From NCBI GenBank assembly GCA_032161105.1, contig JAVHTD010000012.1: a stretch of DNA of 64,000 bases, one strand, 5' to 3'. Position numbers and translations under genes: made by a program. The DNA is from Candidatus Thermosaccharophagus tengchongensis. Lineage in GTDB: Bacteria; Armatimonadota; Fervidibacteria; Fervidibacterales; Thermosaccharophagaceae. Below, piece after piece: positions 39,842 through 48,241 of this stretch. Each line of letters opens with the position of its first letter. The stretch's first letter is position 1. A model generated the notes under the pieces. That model saw only the letters and a program-made list of their open reading frames with translations, searched no databases and was not told the DNA's origin.

Positions 39842-41529
39842 TGAGCTGCGAGCATTATGACGGGAAAGTTTGGCTCAAACGCTATCCGAAGGGTGTCCCG
39901 CCATCGCTTCAATATCCCGAAGTGCCGCTTGATGCCATTTTGAGTGAAGCGTCAATGCGCCATCGCGGCAATGCAGCCACAGTCTTCTACGGTGCACGCA
40001 TGAACTACGGCGAGCTTGATGAGCTCGCCTCAAAGTTTGCGTGTGCCATTCAAAGGCTCGGATTGGACTTCGGGGATAGGGTTGCGTTAATGCTGCCGAA
40101 TTGCCCGCAGTTCATAATCGCGTATTACGGGGCTATAAGGGCTGGCTGCACAGTCGTCCCTTTAAACCCGCTGATGAGTTGGTATGAGCTTAACGCCCTG
40201 ATGAGGGATTGCGGCGCAAGAGCCATCGTTGCTTTGGACGCGCTTATGGACAAGGTCAGCGCAGCGCTGCACGGCACTGCAGTTGAGCACATTGTTGTAT
40301 CATCGCTTGCAGGGTATGTGCCGGCATGGTTGAGCTTGCCCATATGGCTCAAGACTCGTCCCAAAGGAAAAGTTGAGCTTCCGAGCAATGTTAGCTTGCA
40401 CCAGTTTGAGCAGCTTCTGCGAACGCAGGGTAAGCCAGCATCGCGCAGCGTTAATCCGCGCGATGATGTAGCCGTTTTCCAATACACTGGCGGGACGACC
40501 GGGCTGCCAAAGGCTGCCATGTTAACCCACTACAACCTTGTGGCTAATGCTTACCAGTGCAGTGCTTGGGCGACGGAGTTGAAGGACGGCGAGGAGAGGT
40601 TCATCTGTGTCCTTCCCTTCTTCCATTCCTACGGGATGACAACCTGCTTGAACTTTGGCGTGCTTAAGTGCGCTGCGCTTATCCTGACGCCGAGGTTTGA
40701 CATTGCGGAGACGGTGAAGCTCATCTCAAGGTATCGTGTCACCGTCTTCATGGGTGTCCCGAGCATGTATGGCGCAGTTAGCCATCACGCACAGCGCGGC
40801 AGGGTTGACATCACATCAATCAAGGCATGCATCAGCGGCGGCGCACCCCTGCCGATGCAAGTTGCGGTTGAGTTTGAGCGCCTGACTGGTGGCAGGCTCG
40901 TTGAGGGCTACGGCTTGACCGAGGCTTCTCCGGTGACACACATCAACCCGATTTGGGGTGGAGAGGTGAGGATGGGCAGCATAGGCTTGCCCGTTCCGGA
41001 CACCGAATGCAGGGTGATGGATTTGGAGACCGGCACAAGGTGCGTTCCAGTCGGTGAGGTGGGTGAGCTCTCCATAAAAGGTCCGCAGGTGATGAAGGGC
41101 TATTGGAACAGACCCGAGGAGACAGCGCAAACGCTTCGCGAGGGCTGGCTATACACTGGCGATATCGCAAAGATGGACAGCGATGGCTACTTCTACATCG
41201 TTGACCGAAAGAAGGATTTGATCATCGTCGGCGGGTTCAACATCTATCCGAGGGAAGTTGAGGAAGTGCTTTACAGTCACCCGAAGGTTAAAGAGGCTGC
41301 TGTGGTGGGGGAAAGGCATCCGGTGCGTGGCGAGATCGTCAAAGCTTATGTTGTGCTGCGTGAGGGGCAGGAGGCATCCGAGGTTGAGCTAATTGAGTTC
41401 TGCCGCGAGAGGTTATCGCCGTATAAGGTTCCGAGGGCGATTGAGTTTGTAAGCGAGTTGCCAAAGTCAGCCATCGGGAAGGTGCTCCGCAGGGTGCTCA
41501 GGGAAAAGGAGGAGCACAAGAGCCATTAG
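39838..41529 (+). CDS. Long-chain fatty acid-CoA ligase
   Basis: QYTGGTTGLPK, EGYGLTE and LPKSAIGK motifs. Confidence 0.92.
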   Translation: MMSCEHYDGKVWLKRYPKGVPPSLQYPEVPLDAILSEASMRHRGNAATVFYGARMNYGELDELASKFACAIQRLGLDFGDRVALMLPNCPQFIIAYYGAIRAGCTVVPLNPLMSWYELNALMRDCGARAIVALDALMDKVSAALHGTAVEHIVVSSLAGYVPAWLSLPIWLKTRPKGKVELPSNVSLHQFEQLLRTQGKPASRSVNPRDDVAVFQYTGGTTGLPKAAMLTHYNLVANAYQCSAWATELKDGEERFICVLPFFHSYGMTTCLNFGVLKCAALILTPRFDIAETVKLISRYRVTVFMGVPSMYGAVSHHAQRGRVDITSIKACISGGAPLPMQVAVEFERLTGGRLVEGYGLTEASPVTHINPIWGGEVRMGSIGLPVPDTECRVMDLETGTRCVPVGEVGELSIKGPQVMKGYWNRPEETAQTLREGWLYTGDIAKMDSDGYFYIVDRKKDLIIVGGFNIYPREVEEVLYSHPKVKEAAVVGERHPVRGEIVKAYVVLREGQEASEVELIEFCRERLSPYKVPRAIEFVSELPKSAIGKVLRRVLREKEEHKSH

Positions 41530-41624
41530 ACAATTGTGCTTTAGATGGCGAGTTGGCAGCGGATGCAGAGCGGGCATGAATAGTGCGAACAATTGCCCCA
41601 TTGAAGCCCCGATGAGGGTGATGG

Positions 41625-42512
41625 GTGACAACGGACATGAGCGTGTTGAGGGTCCTTGTGACGGGCGCTTCTGGACAGCTCGGCAGTGACCTCATTGGTA
41701 AGCTCATTGAGCGCTCACATGATGTTGTGGCGCTATCGCGCTCCGAGCTTGATATCACAAACCGCGAAGCGATGACCGCAGCCATTGAGCGACATCGTCC
41801 GGATGTGTTGATCAATTGTGCGGCTATGGTGAATGTGGATGCCTGTGAGCGTGATGTGGAGAGCGCCATCAAAGTCAACGCGCTTGCAGTTTGGCACATT
41901 GCCATTCAATGCTCAAGGGCTAAAGCCAAGCTTGTGCAAATAAGCACTGACTTTGTGTTTGATGGCGAGAAGGGTTCGCCATACACTGAGCATGATCCGC
42001 CTAACCCAATCAACATCTATGGGCTTACAAAGCTGGTTGGTGAGATGTTTGCGCGCAACTACTGCGATGACCATCTCATAGTGCGCACTGCTGGGCTTTA
42101 TGGGACTCGCGGCAGCCGATCCAAAGGTGGCAACTTCGTTGACTTCGTCGTCGGTGCAGCGATGAGGAAAGAACCGTTGCGACTTGTCACCGACATAGTG
42201 ACAAGCCCAACATTCACACACGACTTGGCTTTGAAGCTATGTGAGCTCATTGATGCTGGCGCTCGTGGGGTTGTTCATGTGGCGAATTCCGGGCAATGCA
42301 GTTGGCATGAATTTGCGACATTCGCTTTAAGCCTTTTGGGTCTGGATGCCGATGTCGTTCCAATTTCATCCGGTGAACTTTCCCTCCATGCGCGCCGCCC
42401 AAAGTGCACACCGCTGATCAGCGTTCGTCTAAGCGAGTTTGGGATTGAGCCGTTGAGGGATTGGCGTGAGGCGCTTGCCGATTACCTCATCGCTAAGGGC
42501 TTGCTAAGGTGA
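41625..42512 (+). CDS. rfbD: dTDP-4-dehydrorhamnose reductase
   Basis: VTGASGQLG, ISTDFVFDG and YGLTK motifs. Confidence 0.92.
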   Translation: MTTDMSVLRVLVTGASGQLGSDLIGKLIERSHDVVALSRSELDITNREAMTAAIERHRPDVLINCAAMVNVDACERDVESAIKVNALAVWHIAIQCSRAKAKLVQISTDFVFDGEKGSPYTEHDPPNPINIYGLTKLVGEMFARNYCDDHLIVRTAGLYGTRGSRSKGGNFVDFVVGAAMRKEPLRLVTDIVTSPTFTHDLALKLCELIDAGARGVVHVANSGQCSWHEFATFALSLLGLDADVVPISSGELSLHARRPKCTPLISVRLSEFGIEPLRDWREALADYLIAKGLLR

Positions 42513-42534
42513 CAGCTTGTGTGAGGTGAGATAG

Positions 42535-43323
42535 ATGAGGGGGAGTTTGCTATGTTTGCAGTTTGCGCTCATGCTTGCGTGTGCACAAGCATTTGCTCAG
42601 CCGAAGGGCTATGTCATCCACGCGGAGGTTTCTGGTGGTTCTGATGGCAGCAAGGAAGTCAAACCGATGTCGGAAGTGACTTACATAAGTGGCGAGAGGT
42701 TGCGCTATGAGCTCAGAGATGTGATTGTAATCGCCAACACGAAGAGCGGTGAGGTCGTGATCATTTCACAATCTCGCCGTGAGTATACCGTTGTCAATCT
42801 TGAGCGCCTGCTACAGCTTTCCGAGAATATGCGCAAGGCGCTTGATGAGCAGCTAAAGAAGCTGGAGGAACGCATGAAGGAAGCCAAACCCGAGGAGAAG
42901 CAAAAGCTGATGCAAGCGCTTGCCATGCTTGCCTTCATGAATCAGATGTTTAAGTCGGTCGTAGTTAAGGACGGTGGTATGGATAGGATTGCTGGGTATG
43001 TATGCAAGCGGCTTCAAGTGTTTGGAGATGGCAGTTTGGTTGCCGAGCTCTGGTTTTGTGAAGCTCTGAAAGTTGCTGTGGATGTCAACAAGCTCATGAG
43101 CATAGCGTTTGCGTTAACGCCTGTCCCGGCGATGGTGCGCCAAATTTACGAAGCCGTTGTGGGGAGAGCTGTTGGGCTGCCGATGAGACAGGAGCTGTAT
43201 AAGCCTGTGCGCATGAGGCGCATCGTCAAAAAAGTTGAGGTCAAGCCCCTCAAGGAAAGCCTATTTGCTCCGCCAAAGTATTACACGAAGGTGGATTTTG
43301 AGAAAGTGATACCGAGCCGTTGA
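42535..43323 (+). CDS. Secreted DUF4412-like protein
   Basis: Signal peptide (AFA), IAGYVCK..ELW and FAPPKYY. Confidence 0.65.
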   Translation: MRGSLLCLQFALMLACAQAFAQPKGYVIHAEVSGGSDGSKEVKPMSEVTYISGERLRYELRDVIVIANTKSGEVVIISQSRREYTVVNLERLLQLSENMRKALDEQLKKLEERMKEAKPEEKQKLMQALAMLAFMNQMFKSVVVKDGGMDRIAGYVCKRLQVFGDGSLVAELWFCEALKVAVDVNKLMSIAFALTPVPAMVRQIYEAVVGRAVGLPMRQELYKPVRMRRIVKKVEVKPLKESLFAPPKYYTKVDFEKVIPSR

Positions 43324-43400
43324 TCTGGGAAGCCTGCGGTGGCTTTGCTACGGTGCTTTACGATGTAGCTGCTTGATGTTAAAATGAAAGGTAGCACGGT

Positions 43401-43495
43401 GGAGGGATGCGCCGAGTGGCTAAGGCGGCGGCCTGCTAAGCCGTAGGGGGGTTGTGAAGCCTCCCTCCCGGGTTCGAATCCCGGTCCCTCCGCCA
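43401..43495 (+). tRNA. tRNA-Ser(GCT)
   Basis: GGAGGGA/TCCCTCC acceptor stem, CT-GCT-AA loop, long variable arm, GGTTCGAATCC, encoded CCA. Confidence 0.93.
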
Positions 43496-43501
43496 TTTGG
43501 C

Positions 43502-43579
43502 GCGCCCGTAGCTCAGCTGGAATAGAGCACGGGACTACGGATCCCGGGGTCGGGGGTTCGAATCCCTCCGGGCGCGCCA
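43502..43579 (+). tRNA. tRNA-Arg(ACG)
   Basis: GCGCCCG/CGGGCGC acceptor stem, CGGGA-CTACGGA-TCCCG, encoded CCA. Confidence 0.95.
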
Positions 43580-43602
43580 ATATGCTTTAGCTGTTGTGGT
43601 AT

Positions 43603-43676
43603 GCGCCCGTAGCTCAGTCGGACAGAGCGCTGGCCTCCGGAGCCAGAGGTCGCGCGTTCGAATCGCGCCGGGCGCA
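43603..43676 (+). tRNA. tRNA-Arg(CCG)
   Basis: CTGGC-CTCCGGA-GCCAG anticodon arm; CCA not encoded. Confidence 0.95.
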
Positions 43677-43721
43677 TGTGATTGCGTAAAATTTGGGCGC
43701 GCTCATTTTTGGAGTAACGAT

Positions 43722-43794
43722 GCCCCTGTAGCTCAAGAGGATAGAGTGGCGGCCTCCTAAGCCGCAGATCCCGGTTCGAGTCCGGGCAGGGGCA
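43722..43794 (+). tRNA. tRNA-Arg(CCT)
   Basis: GCGGC-CTCCTAA-GCCGC anticodon arm; CCA not encoded. Confidence 0.93.
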
Positions 43795-43843
43795 CTTAGA
43801 TTTTAAAGCCCTGCCGAATCGCTTGCGCCGGTGTCGGTGAAGT

Positions 43844-44344
43844 GTGATGACTCCCCAAGCATCAAGCGGTGTGATAAGCTTTAAGGCATTCGCCTCAAGT
43901 GAGGATGTAGCGTTTATGCGCCTCGCAATTGAGGAGGCGATGAAAGCCTTTGAGTGCGGTGAAGTCCCCGTCGGCGCCATCGTCGTGTGCGATGGCAAGG
44001 TGATAGCCAAAGCGCATAACATGCGCGAGAGGTTAAAGTCACCACTGGCGCACGCCGAGATGCTTGCTATGGAAGCCGCAGCCAGTGCACTTGGCGATTG
44101 GCGTCTCAACGGGGCAACACTTTATGTCACGCTTGAGCCATGCCCAATGTGTGCTGGGGCGATGATTCAAGCGAGGCTTGGGAGGTTGGTATTTGGGGCA
44201 TATGATGAGAGAGCCGGTGCGGCTGGGTCGGTTATCAACCTGTTTGGCTTGAGCGCCTACGATGGCATTGTCGCAGTCGTTGGCGGTGTGCTGAGCGAGG
44301 AGTGCGCCAACTTGCTTCGGCGCTTCTTTGAGCAGCGCCGATGA
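43844..44344 (+). CDS. tadA: tRNA adenosine(34) deaminase
   Basis: EVPVGA, HAE, TLEPCPMC and FFEQRR; start approximate. Confidence 0.92.
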   Translation: MMTPQASSGVISFKAFASSEDVAFMRLAIEEAMKAFECGEVPVGAIVVCDGKVIAKAHNMRERLKSPLAHAEMLAMEAAASALGDWRLNGATLYVTLEPCPMCAGAMIQARLGRLVFGAYDERAGAAGSVINLFGLSAYDGIVAVVGGVLSEECANLLRRFFEQRR

Positions 44345-44391
44345 GCCGTTGGGAAAAGCAGCTCTGATAACGCATCGTAAGAGGGTTTATC

Positions 44392-45456
44392 ATGCGGATG
44401 ACTTCTCGTGAGCGTCTCCTGTGCGCCTTTTCGTGTGGCACGCCTGATAGGGTTCCGGTTTCGCCTCAGGGGTTCGGGAGGATTGACCCAAACAGCGAGC
44501 TTGCAGGGATGCTCATTGAGCGCACTGACATCATCATTTACTCGGGCAGCGCTTGCAATTGCCTCATTGGGAGTGCATTGAAGTTTGATGTTGAGACTGA
44601 TGGCGATTTGACCATCATCACCTATCACACACCAAAGGGCGATTTGAGGCGCGTTGTGAAGTCAACAGCTGCGACGAGGGCTACAATTGAGTTCCCGTGC
44701 AAGTCACCCGATGATGTGGAGAAGCTGCTCTCAGTGCCATATGTTCCGCCATCCGATGAGGAGCTCAATGCTGCACTTGCAAAATTCAACTCGTGGAAGG
44801 ATAGGCTTGGGGAGGAGGGTATAGTTTTGTGGGATTTGCCAAACGCCGTTTGCCTACCGGCTGAGTGGTTCTCCCCGGAGGATTTCTGTCTCCTTTGGGC
44901 GGATGCGCCGGATGTGATGATTGAGCTTGTGAGGGTGGCGAATGAGCGCCTGATGATGTTTGTTGAGAGGGTTTGCAGAGCCGGCGTTGATGGCTTTAGG
45001 ATAGTCGGCGGTGAATATGTTTCCGTTCAGCTCGGTCCGAGTGCATTTGATGTCCTCGTGCGCCAAGTTGATAAGCATCTTGTGGCGCTGATGCACGAAT
45101 ACGGTGCAATCGCATACTACCACAATCACGGTCCAATCATGCGCTACCTTGAGATGATTGCCGACATCGGTGTTGATGCCCTTGACCCACTTGAAGCGCC
45201 ACCTTGGGGCGATTGCGATATGGCGGAAGCGAAGAAGTTGCTTCGTGGGAAGGTGTGCATCGTCGGGAATATGGATGACATGAATGTGCTAAATCGTGAG
45301 CCGCCAGAGGTTGTCCTCCGCATCGGGAAGCAATTGATTGAAGTTGCAGGTCCGGATGGCTTCGTGCTAAGTGGGACGGCATCCGGCACTTATGGTGAGA
45401 GAGCTGCATTGAACTTTATTGAGCTCACCAAACTCGCGGAGCAAATGGCTGCCTGA
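44392..45456 (+). CDS. Uroporphyrinogen decarboxylase (URO-D/MtaA) family protein
   Basis: MTSRER..PDRVP N-terminus; HNHG, GNMD and GFVLS motifs. Confidence 0.75.
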   Translation: MRMTSRERLLCAFSCGTPDRVPVSPQGFGRIDPNSELAGMLIERTDIIIYSGSACNCLIGSALKFDVETDGDLTIITYHTPKGDLRRVVKSTAATRATIEFPCKSPDDVEKLLSVPYVPPSDEELNAALAKFNSWKDRLGEEGIVLWDLPNAVCLPAEWFSPEDFCLLWADAPDVMIELVRVANERLMMFVERVCRAGVDGFRIVGGEYVSVQLGPSAFDVLVRQVDKHLVALMHEYGAIAYYHNHGPIMRYLEMIADIGVDALDPLEAPPWGDCDMAEAKKLLRGKVCIVGNMDDMNVLNREPPEVVLRIGKQLIEVAGPDGFVLSGTASGTYGERAALNFIELTKLAEQMAA

Positions 45457-45681
45457 GCAATTCAGTTCAACCCCTTTGGCACTGTTTGACGATTGGCTAT
45501 CTGCCCTGTCGCCGTTGCATGTTGAGCACCGTCCATATTGTTGAGGCATCAATGCATGGGCGCAATACGATGCTTCGTATGTGCCTCCTCCAAGCCCCGG
45601 ATGACAATCGGTGTAGCGATGGCAGCGCCTTTCTCAGCAGCTCCCACCTATAGCGCTCAACCTGTGTTCGCATGCGCTTCT

Positions 45682-46464
45682 TCAAGATGACCGAGTGCCT
45701 GTAACCGCTGCGCATTCCTTCACCTTCCTGCGCCAGTAAAGCCAAATCAGAATTGCCATCCCTATAGCACACGCAATTTGTGCCTGCGTCAGCCCGATGG
45801 CTGTCACCTTCGCGGAGACGCCCCGCCGGAAAATTTCGTTTGCGAACCTGATGAGCAGGTGAATCATTAAGGCTGCGATCATCTCCTGACCGAGAAAACT
45901 CCTCACTCTGTGGATTCGCCTCAGGATGGCGAATGTGAGCAACGCGCCCACAGCCTCATACAATGGCACTGGGTGCGATGGCGGTGTCATAGTTCCTTCC
46001 TCAGTCAGGAAACGCATTGCCCAAGGTAAGTTAGTTGGATACCCAATGCAGCATCCGTTGAAGAAGCAACCGACCCTCCCAAGCGCGTAAGCCAGCATAT
46101 AGCCCTGTGAAAGTGCATCGCCGACTTCCCAAAAGTTGACATTGCTCGCCCTGCAGAGCAGCGCAAGGCTGGCTATACCGCCGATGAGTGCTCCAAAGAG
46201 TGACAAGCCGCCAGCGCGCAGGTTGAGAACGCTCAGCAGGTCATCAGCATACTCCTCCCAATTGAGCGCAACATATAAGAGGCGTGCGCAAATAATTCCT
46301 GAGGGGATGACAGCGAGGGCTGCCGTGCTGACGAACTCAGACGGCAAATTGCGCCTTTGAAACTCGCGCCTTGACCATGCCAAACCGACAATCAAGCCGA
46401 GCGCAATTGCTACGCCGTATGTGCGTATTTCAAATGAGCCGATGCGAATCAGAGTCGGATGCAT
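45682..46464 (-). CDS. lgt: Prolipoprotein diacylglyceryl transferase
   Basis: MHPTLIRIG..YG, GGLSLFG, GRVGCFFNGCC and HPVPLYE. Confidence 0.92.
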   Translation of the reverse strand: MHPTLIRIGSFEIRTYGVAIALGLIVGLAWSRREFQRRNLPSEFVSTAALAVIPSGIICARLLYVALNWEEYADDLLSVLNLRAGGLSLFGALIGGIASLALLCRASNVNFWEVGDALSQGYMLAYALGRVGCFFNGCCIGYPTNLPWAMRFLTEEGTMTPPSHPVPLYEAVGALLTFAILRRIHRVRSFLGQEMIAALMIHLLIRFANEIFRRGVSAKVTAIGLTQAQIACAIGMAILIWLYWRRKVKECAAVTGTRSS

Positions 46465-46574
46465 TGGGCACAATGCATCTCCTCTCGGATTAAGCCAAGT
46501 GGCGAAACATGGCATCGTCATTGCATTGTATCACTTCCGCATGGCATTGGAGAGCGTGTGCCAGAGGTGAGGAG

Positions 46575-47939
46575 ATGATGCGAGATGGAGGCGATGTTAA
46601 CCTGCATGAGTTGCTTGGCGCAAGCTTTGAGTGCGCTTGTGGAAGGAGACATTACATCCCGACAAAGGAGGTCGTCATTGAAAGTGAAGCAATTGCTTTG
46701 CTCGGCGAGTTGTGTGAGCGCAATGGTATGGTCGGGCTGTGCAATCTTTTGGCGGACGAAATAACTTACGAGGTGTGCGGCAGGGAAGCCGCAAGGCGGC
46801 TTCGCTCGTGTGGCATTCGCGTGCATGAAGTGGTGCTTGACAGCCCGAAAGCCGATGACAAAACTTACGACAGGGCTAATTCGCTCGCGAGCCCTCACGG
46901 TGACTTTTGGCTTGCCGTTGGCTCAGGCACGATTAACGACATAGCGAAGTATGTGAGCACAAATGCAGGTCAGCCTTATGCCATCGTCGCCACTGCACCA
47001 TCAATGAATGGCTACACATCATCAATTGCTGCAATCACTGTCGGCGGACTCAAGATGACGCTCCCAGCCAACCCGCCAGTTTTCGTTCTGGCAGATTTGC
47101 ATGTGTTATGCCATGCACCGTATGAGTTGATAGCTGCTGGTCTCGGTGATGCGCTATCAAAGCCGGTCTCAAATGCCGATTGGATGCTCGCACATATCCT
47201 CTTCGGGGACTACCTGTGCGAATTCTGCCTCCAATTGCTATCCCGCACTGAGCTGCTATACATGTCCAGTGCATCAAGGTTGAAGAGCCGAGAGCCGCAT
47301 GCCGTCAAAGCGCTTATGGAAGCGCTATGCCTTTCCGGGGTGGCGATGACCATAGCTGGAAGCTCAAGCCCCGTATCCGGCGGTGAGCATTTGATATCAC
47401 ATGCCCTTGATATGCGTGCAAATGTCACGGGGCGTAGGGTGAACCTTCATGGAGCTCAGGTCGGTGTTGCGACGATTTTTTCGGCGACGCTATACGGACG
47501 ACTGCTTGAAATTGAGGCGCTTCAACTTGACTGTGAGAGGTTGGCGCAGCGCTATGTGAGCATCAATGAGTGGCTTCCGAGGGTGCGAGATTTCTTCGGC
47601 GAAGCATGCGGGCGCATCATTGAGCAACTCTCATTGAAGCACCCCAAGTCACAGGATGAACTTAAGCGCAAACTGGAACGGGTAATCGCCATGTGGGATG
47701 ACACGAAGGCAAGGCTGAGCGGAGTGGTGCGGAGCCACGACAGCTTGCGGCAGATGTTGCTTGATGCCGGTGCTCCGACAACGATTCACGAGTTGAACTT
47801 GCATCGCGGTGAATTTCGTGAAGCTGTAATGCTGGCTCATACGATACGCTCAAGGTATACTGTGCTGGACTTGGCGAATGAACTCGGCATATTGCCGGAT
47901 GAGCTTGATGAGCTAATGGAGCGTTCACAAATCGTGTAG
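46575..47939 (+). CDS. sn-glycerol-1-phosphate dehydrogenase (AraM/EgsA family)
   Basis: CACGRRH, GSGTINDIAK, TAPSMNGYTS, SGGEHLISH and HGAQVG. Confidence 0.88.
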   Translation: MMRDGGDVNLHELLGASFECACGRRHYIPTKEVVIESEAIALLGELCERNGMVGLCNLLADEITYEVCGREAARRLRSCGIRVHEVVLDSPKADDKTYDRANSLASPHGDFWLAVGSGTINDIAKYVSTNAGQPYAIVATAPSMNGYTSSIAAITVGGLKMTLPANPPVFVLADLHVLCHAPYELIAAGLGDALSKPVSNADWMLAHILFGDYLCEFCLQLLSRTELLYMSSASRLKSREPHAVKALMEALCLSGVAMTIAGSSSPVSGGEHLISHALDMRANVTGRRVNLHGAQVGVATIFSATLYGRLLEIEALQLDCERLAQRYVSINEWLPRVRDFFGEACGRIIEQLSLKHPKSQDELKRKLERVIAMWDDTKARLSGVVRSHDSLRQMLLDAGAPTTIHELNLHRGEFREAVMLAHTIRSRYTVLDLANELGILPDELDELMERSQIV

Positions 47940-47967
47940 CAAAAGCGCAAAGGGTGGTGATGGGACA

Positions 47968-48237
47968 TTGCACATTGAGCACAGGAAGCAGCGCATCGTG
48001 AGGTTGCTACAGGCAGTTGAGAATGAGGCGAAGCACATGGGTAAGAAAGTTGAGGAAGACGACTTCATCGGGCAGCTTGAGAGCCTGCTCAAGTTGAGCG
48101 AGCACATTGAGACGATAAAGAGGTTGTGTGTGCGAACTTACGCCGAGACGCTCCTTTCGCTTGCGGCTCGCACTGAGGAGGTTGAAGACGCCGTTGAACA
48201 GCTCATGAGCTGGCTCATCAGGTTGAAAGAGTTGTGA
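47968..48237 (+). CDS. Small helical protein, possibly degenerate CsoR/RcnR family
   Basis: 89-aa ORF filling an operon gap; helix pattern resembles CsoR by eye. Confidence 0.55.
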   Translation: MHIEHRKQRIVRLLQAVENEAKHMGKKVEEDDFIGQLESLLKLSEHIETIKRLCVRTYAETLLSLAARTEEVEDAVEQLMSWLIRLKEL

Positions 48238-48241
48238 TGCC

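Noticed and set aside
43795..43843. Integrated element at a tRNA 3' end
   Set aside because: No integrase and no duplicated tRNA end found; tadA follows directly.
43281..44109. Minus-strand ORFs across the tRNA cluster
   Set aside because: Antisense readings of tRNA genes and tadA.
46575..47939. Archaeal-type ether lipid pathway
   Set aside because: No GGGP or DGGGP synthase in the window; G1PDH alone is common in bacteria.
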